64,000 bases of DNA, taken from the NCBI RefSeq assembly GCF_009914755.1, contig NC_060938.1. One strand, 5' to 3'. Source of the stretch: the human T2T-CHM13v2.0 reference genome, Homo sapiens. Under the pieces are notes generated by a model. The model searched no databases. It was not told where the DNA came from and was given only the letters and a program-made list of their open reading frames with translations. Shown here one piece after another: positions 54,585-64,000 of this stretch. Position 1 is the stretch's first letter. Each line of letters begins with the position of its first letter. The position numbers were made by a program, and so were the translations under genes.

Positions 54585-56604
54585 TTATAGTAACCAAGCT
54601 CTTGTAAAATATGTCTCATTTGTTCATTTTGGCAAAGGTACAAGAACCCTAAATGTATATTCCCAGGAGGTAATGCTACTGACAATGAAAACCAATTCAA
54701 ATTACTGAATTCATAAAACCGTATTTTAGACATACGAACAAATCTGCATGCTTTCAATAAACCTTTAACTGTTTCAACAGAGTGATAACCTGAACCTATT
54801 CTTTATCACTTATTCTCACTTCTAAGAGTCACCTCTATAGTTGGTGTTCTTAAGATTTGAAGGTGAAGGGACGAAATGGTTTCTCTCTTATTTTGTTTTC
54901 CTCAGAAACACTAAGGATATTGATATGTCTGTAGCAGGGCTAGGCATTTCCCATGGGAATCTGTGGCCATAGGAAGCATTTGAAAATGGTGACCATGTCT
55001 CCATTTTATTCAGTATAATGCTATCTCTATCTGGATGATCAGGAAGTAGGCAACTCTACTAATGTGGAGAGTCAATCCAGTATGTGGTTTGTGTGAAAAA
55101 AATTTAATATTTTAAAGTAGACTTATATCCACAGGGCCCTCACCTAATTCAAGCATGGAAATCGCAACCAGCTGACTTAAATCCAATTTTGTACATGTCC
55201 CTAAAAATAAGAATAATGAAATATCTGCTCTGTGGATTCTGGATTCTGAAATAACAACTCCAACAGCTAATAGCCTCAATAACAGAGCATGAGCAACTAC
55301 TTAGGAGAGGAAAAAACCTTCCATTCCATTTGCTGTATATCAACTGGCCCTCATTAGGAATTCCTGGTGTCTAGCATACAACCGAGGCAGTGGTAGCTAG
55401 AGCCCCCGAAGTTATAATGTTAAATACGGCTACAATGCTAAATAGAACAAGCAGTGATTTCTTAATATTACCTTGGAGGCACAGTAGAAGTCATGCTGAC
55501 TTCCTAAAGCATCTGGCCTCTCCCGCGAAGAGGTCCCCCCTCCTTCATATAGTCTGGCTCATTATAACATCAAGTTGATATCATTATCTTTAAAACAACT
55601 CAAAATTATTAATTTGTCTTGCAAGAGTCACAGCATAAGAATTTATAATCAGCACACAAGAAAAATAAACAGGTACTCCAAAGAGGACTGATTTACTTAA
55701 GGAATAATGCCAGAAGCATTAAACATGATCGTTTTGCTTTTAAATAAAATGTGGTTAATTTGATTACTATTTATTTTGTTTCTTGCCAAATTTCAATCAA
55801 CTTTTATGGCAGGACTAAGCTTCTAAGTAGAGTGATTTTTTTTTTGTTTTGTTTTAAATAATGGAAGCACTTTTCTAAACTTAACCACGGCTAACTAATG
55901 GGAGGTTAAAGTTGTACATTATGGATCTATGCTTATCCTCAAATGTATTTATCCACAATGCATGCACACTTAGGTCTGGGTTACAATGAGTGCATATGTG
56001 TATTGTAGACTCTCATTAATTCATAACAGCTTAAATTGTGATTTTTATTTGGCATCCTACTGTGGAACCCAGTAGAGATTGCCGAATTGCTCAGCTAAAC
56101 GTTTTCAAATCCGTGACTCTCTATTTGGTTATTCAGTCAGAACAAAATCCCTGCAAAGAAAATCCTCTTCCTAAAATGTACCCCATTTTCCTGGCTAAAA
56201 AATCATTCTGAAGAAATGTGAACAGTTTGCCTACTTGTTTAAAGAGTTTATTTGCAAGAAAAACTAACACTATAAGCATCAATAGTACTTAAAGGGAATT
56301 GAAGAAAGAATTCCCTCATTGTGCATAATCCAGGCTTGCTATAAAAAACTACACATAGAAAATAGAAATGTTGTATTTATTATTTTGGAACACTTTTCAA
56401 AAACTTCAAGTCACCAGAAAACGGTCTCATATGACTCCATTGTGATATAAGGACTAGCTACATTAATATAATTATGTTTCATAGGAAGTTCAAAGAACTA
56501 GTAATTTCATAACTAATACCATGTAAGACCTCCATAAAAATAAATTGAAAAAAAATCATCTGCTCTGAACAACAAAGCACATACTGAGGTCCCCAGAAAA
56601 GGGT

Positions 56605-56675
56605 AAAACTATTCCACTTAGCATGATGCCTAGAACACAGTGGTCTGTAACAAATATTTGTTGAATGAATACTGG
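56605..56675 (+). mobile_element. L2 3' end
   Basis: ttagcatgatgcctagaacacag...aaatatttgttgaatgaat. Confidence 0.75.
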
Positions 56676-57134
56676 AGGGTCCCACTCACAGTCCATGGGA
56701 TTTTGTTTCTAACAAAAAGATAGAAAACTTGATTCCCACCTTAACTAGTTTTTAACAGAGCCTTTTTATAGAGATCCTCTATTAGGTTTAATAATGTTTT
56801 TAATGTGTTTTTATTGCTTTAGTTCACTGGCTATCCCTGACTTGGAGAAAAATAGGAAAAGTAAACATTGCAATTGTTTTTTTGTTTTTACTTAAAAGGT
56901 AAGTCTGTTTCCAATTAGAGAATATTAAGGAAAAGAAGATTTTTTGTGTGTGATTATGGAAAAGTGATAGGAATCGCATGGTTCGAAGTAGCAGGCTTGG
57001 CGATAATGTTAAATAGAGTAAGCATCATGGAAATAAATATTCCCAAGAGTTGAAAAACATCCTGTGTTTTAAATAAAAAGTGGTCCTATAATTATTGAGT
57101 CACATCGATTTACTTAAAAAGAACAGTGGCAAAA

Positions 57135-57650
57135 GGTGGTACTATAGCTCGTCTCCAAGAAGGCCACCGTCAATTCTTTCCTTCCCTGGATAAGCAACCA
57201 TTCCCGTTTGACAGTCAGTCTATCCTTTCACCCTGATGAATATGGGCTGGGTGGTGACTGTTTTGATGAATAGAAAATGACACCATATTACCTCCAATAT
57301 TGGGTTATTAGAAGCCGTGTAGCTTCCACCTGGTCTCCTGGAATACTCACTTCTGTGGGAAGCCAATCAGCATATAAGAAGTCCGACTTCTCTGAGAATG
57401 CTGACTCCCCTGAGAAACCCAAGATAGTCATGTGAAGAGGCCAAGCCAAGAAAGAGCTGTCCAGCCAGTCATTGCAGCCTGGCACCAGACATGGGAGTTA
57501 GGAAGACTTCAGATGCTGTAGCCACAGTTCCATTTAGGTGTGCTGGCTGAGGAATTCCAAGTGAGAACTGCCTTGCTGAGCCTATTAACCCCAGAACTAG
57601 ACATATTAATAAATTGTTGTCATAAGCCACCAAGTTTTGGCTAGCTAAAG
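57135..57650 (+). mobile_element. MLT1 (F/G/H-like) LTR
   Basis: agcttccacctggtctcctggaatactcac...aataaattgttgtcataagccaccaagttttgg. Confidence 0.8.
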
Positions 57651-57779
57651 AATATCACACAAAAATAAAACATTAGTCAGGTTTTCAGAATGATGTTTAA
57701 TATCATTCTATTGCTAAAGCCAGTAGGATTTTAAAACAATGTAAGGTAAGAACCTAATTAATGTTCGGTATTCCACAAG

Positions 57780-58570
57780 TTGCTAAAATCAGTAATCTGG
57801 GAGTCATGGTAAACTCCCCTTTTTCACTCAGTCCCCTCATCCACTCAGTAACCAAGTTCTCCACAGTCTACCCCTTAACCTCTCTTAATTCTAGCCATTC
57901 CTCTTCATCCACATTGCCCTTGCCTTATATCGATCTGTAACTTCTTGTTTTGATTACACTAGTGTTCCTTTCTTTAGATCATCTAACCCCACCCCCAGCC
58001 CCTGCTGTATCATCTATAACCCAAACTCACATCTATAGTGTACACCACAACCATAATAATCTTTTCACAGCACATTCAAGCTTCTCACCTTTCTACATAA
58101 AATCCTTCAATGGCCCTCACTAACTGTTACAATGAAGTTCAAATTCCTTGGTCTGGCACATGAGGGTCTTCATGGTCTGGCATCCACATACCTCTCAAGT
58201 GTCATCCCCTGCCTCACTCCTCCCCACATATCCACCTAACTACAGCAACCTTCTTGTAACTGGCTGAGAGAGTTAAGTATTTCCAGTATTTGCTTCCCCA
58301 AATGCTCTTTATTTTGCTTACAACACCCATCCCCCTGCTTCTTCATCTATCTAGCTCCTATACATGCTTCAAAATTCAGCTTAGAAATGACCTCTTCTGA
58401 GATGCTTCCCTGAACTGGCCCATCTGACACCTCTCCTCTGGGCTCCCACAGACTCGGGTTCTTTTTCACTCGTGAGTTCAGTGCACTCAAGTTAATTTTC
58501 CTCCTCCCCCCTATTTAAAGTAAGGGAGGCTGGGATGCCTGACACTTCTTAGGCCTTCAATAAATATTCC
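57780..58570 (+). mobile_element. L2
   Basis: aatctgggagtcat...aaaatccttcaatggccc...cttcaataaatatt. Confidence 0.8.
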
Positions 58571-58689
58571 TTAAAGAAATACTAATTGAAAGCTGTAATA
58601 TTTGCATTGATGTGATGAAAAATCATAAATATCACTCCCAACAGCGAGTAGGAAATTGTTTCTCTGGGGAAGATCATACAATTCAAGTT

Positions 58690-59260
58690 AAAAGTGAATG
58701 GGAGGCTTCTCAGAGGCATTCACTCTAACCTGAGCCTTGGCAAGGATGCAGATAGCTCACCAGGTGGTATGAAGGGTTGGAGTGTCCTAGCAGAAGGAGA
58801 AGTCTTTGCCAAGGTGTCGAGGTGAGAGAGAAATGGAGAGCATTTGGCAAACCTGGATAAATGTGGCTATTGCTTTAGAGTGTAAAGAGAAGAGCAAAAT
58901 GTGGGGGTGGTATGGAAGGCAGAAGCCTGAAAAGAGAGGGCTCTGCATGCTCTGAGAAGGACATTATATTTTCTTGTGTAGACAATGGGGAGCCATTCAA
59001 AGATTTTAAATGGAAGGGGAACATTATTGGGGTTACGTGTTAGAGGACTTAAATGGAGAACTGATGAAAGGAGAGACAGAAAGCAGAGAAGAGCACTCAA
59101 GAATCTAATGCAGTAAAGCAGGTAAATTCAAAAGACATGGAGTTAGAACATGGAGTTAGAATAGATGGGACTTGGTAACTGACAGGATATAAGGGACAGC
59201 CAACTAGGAGGTGTCTCAGAATTTTGCTCTGAGTACTTATGTGAATGGAGATGGCAAATT
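58690..59260 (-). mobile_element. L2
   Basis: gacaatggggagccattcaaagatttta...gacttggtaactga. Confidence 0.75.
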
Positions 59261-59879
59261 AAAATAAAATTAAATTAATTTCCAACGATTTCTGAGAATT
59301 TCATAATGAACTTTGAGCTAGAGACATTTTGCAAATCAAGGGATATAGTGCTTACAAGAGATGATTACGACACTAGTGTCCATTTGCTATGAAATAGTCA
59401 TGAAATATGATCCTTTTGGATTATACCATGGATTCTCTGTGTGATCCCAAAGAGTCATTTAATCTTTCTGTGCTTCAGTCTTATAAATTCTTCCATATAC
59501 ATAAGAAGAAAATATATGCTTCTCAGGTAAGTCAATAAAGCAACTCAAAAGTAAATTTGACTATGTGGTAATTTCTGTTTCCTAAAGGCAATATGAAATA
59601 CAATCTCAATTTCCTCCTCTATTAAAAAAGAATTAAAAGGGGAGAAGGCTTAAATAATTTCAAATGGCCCCTTCAGCTCCAAAAATCAATGGCTCCATAA
59701 GTCAGAGCACTCAGTTGGAGTCCACGTTCTGCTCAGGTCAGTGGTTGATACTCAACAAGAACCAAGGGATTTACGGTGGAGGTAGGTTGTCCTATTTAAG
59801 CACTTCCTGCTGAGTGAAGTAGTACTTCCTTTTACTTGTTTTAATGTTTTTCTGTTCTTTATCATGTTATCTTTTAATG

Positions 59880-59985
59880 AGGTGTTTTCATTTGTTTAAC
59901 AAATATTTATTGAGTGCCTACTATGTGCTGGGCATCATATTAGGTGCTGGTGAAACAAAATTAAATGAGACATGCTCCATTTTGT
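59880..59985 (-). mobile_element. L2 3' end
   Basis: aacaaatatttattgagtgcctactatgtgctgggca. Confidence 0.8.
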
Positions 59986-60234
59986 TGCATTTCTTAACTG
60001 TAAGCCATATTCAAGCCAAAATACATCATCTCATAAAGTAATATTTATCATATACATGATCCTGCTCTAGGAACCATGCCAGGCTACCCCATTAAACTTG
60101 ATGGACCTGAGAATAGTAAAACTATACACTGTATAATGTATTTATAGTATATAGCAAGGCAACAAAGTCCCCCGAGAAGGGAAGGCAGGAAAACTGAAAA
60201 ATCATCATGTGTGTACTTGGAACTCACAGACCAT

Positions 60235-60395
60235 TGGCAAGCTCCTTGACTATTTCGTGACTCCATTTCTTTATAAAATGGGAATAATAAGGCCTACTTC
60301 TGGTATTCCTCATAGGATATTATAACGATTAAATAAGTAAAAGCACATTAATTACTCTGAGCCTTAAAAAAAGAACTAAATAAATGTTAGGCATT
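60235..60395 (+). mobile_element. MIR
   Basis: ataaaatgggaataataa...cctcatagg...gattaaat. Confidence 0.7.
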
Positions 60396-62101
60396 GTTGT
60401 TTGGTAGAATTACATAAAATCACATTAAAGTCAAAAGCCTACTGTAGTTATTTTAATGGAAGGTTAAATCCCAAGATGAAAGCAGGGTGAGATGAATAAC
60501 TAAAATAAGGGCACACCCCTAGTTAGATCTAGGTAACAACTAAAATTAAAACTGGAATTAGCTGCATGACTGACAGTTCCTCACACAGGAAAGAACTTAC
60601 AAGATATACAGTCTGTGTCTATAAAGCTGGATTAAGTGCAAAGGGAAGGTGAACATGAGCCCCACCTGAGCTGACCCTTCTTGGATTTTTAAAAATGAAT
60701 CTTCTTTCGATTGCAGTTTTCAGAGGGGAACTCCTACTTGGTGGGGATCATGCATCCCCTGAAGGCTATGCTACCAGGTCTCCAGTACCAGACAGAGACA
60801 TTTCCACCACCGGGATATTTGATGCATGCCGGCTTCAACAGCAGAGCCATTTGTTAACCTTGAGAGGTCAACTGTGATGAAATTTATTCGTTTGTTATCA
60901 AAAGCTTTACTTAGATGGTGTTCAAAATGTTGTTATAAAAGATGCAAGCCCTCAAAGAAGATACTTTCTCAAGAAAATTGTTTGGCTAAAATACTCAAAG
61001 CTAAAGCAGACACCAACACCAAACAGAGGAGCTAAACTAATAAAACCTTCACCAGCCTCCACATCAGAACTCTCTCTAAACTGAGCAAGAGGAATCAGGA
61101 AACTGCCCAGCCCCCTCCTCCAGCCCCAGGATAGAAGCTTCCTGATCAGGGAAATAACAAACTCTCTGCTAGATCACAGTATTTCTTTCTCTTTCTGGTT
61201 CTGCACTATAGATAGCCATATACAAGAGAGCAGAGTAGAGTTTCCTTTCTCTTTTCACCTTACTCACAACTATTCTTCTTTCAGTTACTGTAAGGGAATA
61301 CACAGTAGAGACAGATGAGAAGATTTTTGACTCCCAAGACTTCAGCACCATAAGGTTCTCTGATGCTAAGCATGGCTGAAAGTTGAATGCAAATCTCTAG
61401 GAATGGTTTTGACTACAGACTAGCTTTCAGTCAGAGTGGATAAAAGGAAATGATTAATTAGAAAAAAATATCAAAATTTAAGTAGATTTTTTTAAGTTCC
61501 AAAACAGCGTTTTTATAATCTGTATTTGGTTAAGCCCAAATTGTTTTAGAAAGAAGTTTATTTGGATAATAAGTAGAAATTACATTATTATTAACCTTTT
61601 AGGACTTGAGTAAAGAACAGCTGTCTGAATCTCAGGCAAAGTACATGCCTTTTACTATTGACTATAATCCAGGCGACCTCATAGGCTTTTCTTGAAAGGT
61701 GAAAAAATCTTAGGAAGGAGAATCTCTATAATTGAAGTGCTGAAGCAAAAGGAAACCCACAAATTCTAGTAAGTAACACAACTTTCTAAGCAACACACTC
61801 CAAGGCCTTAAAATTCCTGGAATCAAATTCTTCCTTACACTTAACCTGTGTCTGTTTTATCTTGGGAGTAAAAAAAAAAAAAAAAGCATGCCATCCCTCG
61901 GGAATTAACTCTTCATTTATATTAAAGCTATAAATCACCAGCCACCAAGCACTGACTGAAATTAATATCCTAGTTCCTATGCCATTTCCACTTAACTTCC
62001 AATTCACCAGTACTTATGGGGTAAAAAGAAAGTGGTAGGATTCTGCTTCTAGTTTATAAAATATAGTTGTTAAAATTCTCACTTTTGCTCCTTAGAGTTA
62101 T

Positions 62102-62150
62102 ACACACACACACAGAGAAAAGAGAGAGAGAGAGAGAGAGAAAAGAAGAA
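62102..62150. repeat. (CA)n(GA)n microsatellite
   Basis: Directly visible. Confidence 0.9.
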
Positions 62151-64000
62151 GGGCTGAGATTTTTAAAACTTTTTATATGTTGGTGTCTTTTATTCTCAAA
62201 ACTTTATTCAAGAAACATTAATACTTATTAAGCACTTAGTATGTTTTCCAGGTACTATTTCCATCTTAATTGCCTTGCTTTTTCATTTTCATGAGTTTCA
62301 TTCCACTAGATACCTCAGATAATCTCCCTAAGTACTACCTTTCCCGCAGAAAGAAAGAAGAAAAAAATCCAACAGCTAAAACCTGTGGTTCTTTATCTTT
62401 TTTTTTTTGAGGGCTGTTACCAGGCAACTGAAACTCCACTCTTTCAAATGGAGAAGATAACTCAAAATATCCTAGAAGTGTTTCAATCCACTCTAAATTT
62501 CATATCTCGCCACTGCTACCTCCAAACAACTATTTAGGATCCTAAAACCCTGGCTGGTATAGAGTTTCTAACTGCCCACACACTATCCAGAATGCGGCTC
62601 TGTCTAAACTCCTTAATGTTCCCCAGGAATCTCCTAACAGGATAATCTTGAATCATCACTGAATTTTTTTATCACCCATATCTTTCCATCTCAACTTATC
62701 CTGGAATGGAACAAGCTGTGACCAGGCATGGGACTGACCCAGAGCTTGATTTGAGAGATCTCTCTGTCCCTAGGCCCAAGTTTAATATGGCAACTCTTTG
62801 AAGGAATTCTCCCCCAAGGACTATGCAAGTTGAGTCTGCACACTGTGGTTCTCTTTTTAGTTTAGCAATGGGGACTCAATTAATTTTTAGGAGCAAACAG
62901 GTTTCTGTGGAAGCCACCTAATGTCTATACTTATCATGACTATTTTTAGTGGAGCGGATCCACATGATCTCCTGATTGGCACTGTTCAACATCTGACCAA
63001 TTCAATAGTTTAAGTTGTCCTCACTGTCATCTCCTTGAATATACCAGGCTACAGCGTACTGAAGCAGAATAAAACATTCTTGCAAATCTAAGCAAAGGAA
63101 CCTAGGGGGTGGGATGGGCATCTTTCAAGTACTATCGTGACAATTGTTGTTTATATCTAATTCTGAGATTCTGCTCCCCAAAAGTGTATATATGGTCCCA
63201 CATTCCTTTCAATCATCCTCTCCATTTTTAATTACAGGGTGTCAATACAATAACATATTTTTAAAACTTTCCTTTGCATATGTATGGATTCTCCATTAAA
63301 GAGGGGAACCTTATGGAGTCCTGCAGGTTTAGAGTAAAATTCTATTTGGTTTGAATGTCAAGGCAGAAACAAGTTTGTTTCTAAATGATAGAATAGTTAC
63401 TCCAGGCTAAGTTATTCCACATTTCCTTTAATTACTGGTACTGGGTTTTTATCTATCAGTACTATCAGCTTTGCAAACCTCAGGCCAACAATCACAGAAG
63501 TTGAGACAGCACCGTGAAGGGAAATCAACCTAGTCAAGCTAAAGAAACTTGCATCTGCATTTCTCCCAAGCTGAATCACAAACAGTCCACACCCATCCTG
63601 ATCCCTCTTCAAATAATTTCTTCATTTACTTGTGTGGCACTTCCTGACAGTAAGGAATGGGCTTGACTGGATGAGCTATTATCTCATTAGGATTTGTGAA
63701 GGAACCAAACAGACTGGAATGCTTTCCACCAGCCCCCCTCCCACCACCCCTCTCCATCTCCCGGCCCGGGCCACCGTTTGTACTGTTTGCCTTTTCTCAG
63801 TTTCTGTGTTGTCCAAGAGAGATAGATAAGCTCCTGAAATGATTACTACCACCCTGCATTAGCTTTCAAAGCCACTAACAACTTTTCCATGTTTGGTAAC
63901 TAATGTGTGATAGAAATGTTGACAATGTAAAGCGAGAACTAAACCACAGACCAGAACCTCTCAGAATAAATGGAAATCACCTAAAGGTTCTCTGGGAGCC

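Noticed and set aside
60695-61035. Possible + strand exon after tcttctttcgattgcagttttcag
   Set aside because: No convincing donor or recognisable protein; cannot be supported without transcript data.

Overview
Primate (human or close ape) genomic DNA, AT-rich and repeat-dense. The only host coding sequence I can support is a 49-nt minus-strand exon (2349-2397) encoding (G)LVEICLMHPLDVVKT(R), the first PX[DE]XX[KR]X[KR] signature of a mitochondrial carrier. I recognise it as exon 2 of SLC25A21 (2-oxodicarboxylate carrier; human 14q13 NKX2-1/NKX2-8/PAX9/SLC25A21/MIPOL1/FOXA1 block). Positions 2398-64000 are therefore part of the very long first intron and 1-2348 the start of intron 2. The rest is transposon-derived: a full-length, ORF-disrupted L1PA3/4 with TSDs in the same sense as the gene, old L1M fragments, a nested L1M>MER2>L1PA stack, about 12 Alu/FLAM copies, MaLR solo LTRs, MIR/L2, hAT/Tigger MITEs and microsatellites. 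Between these are unique stretches with enhancer-like motif clusters. Nearly all ORFs in the track are repeat artefacts. I find no evidence of a new gene system. The most unusual directly visible signals are (i) four short same-orientation duplications copied from 1.4-3.1 kb away, one a perfect 39-mer inside a microsatellite, (ii) several fold-back quasi-palindromes overwriting repeat consensus sequence, (iii) a 22-bp twin-priming micro-inversion, and (iv) an open L1 ORF0 plus candidate cryptic/recursive splice sites. Repeat subfamily calls and boundaries were made by eye from remembered consensus sequences and are approximate.
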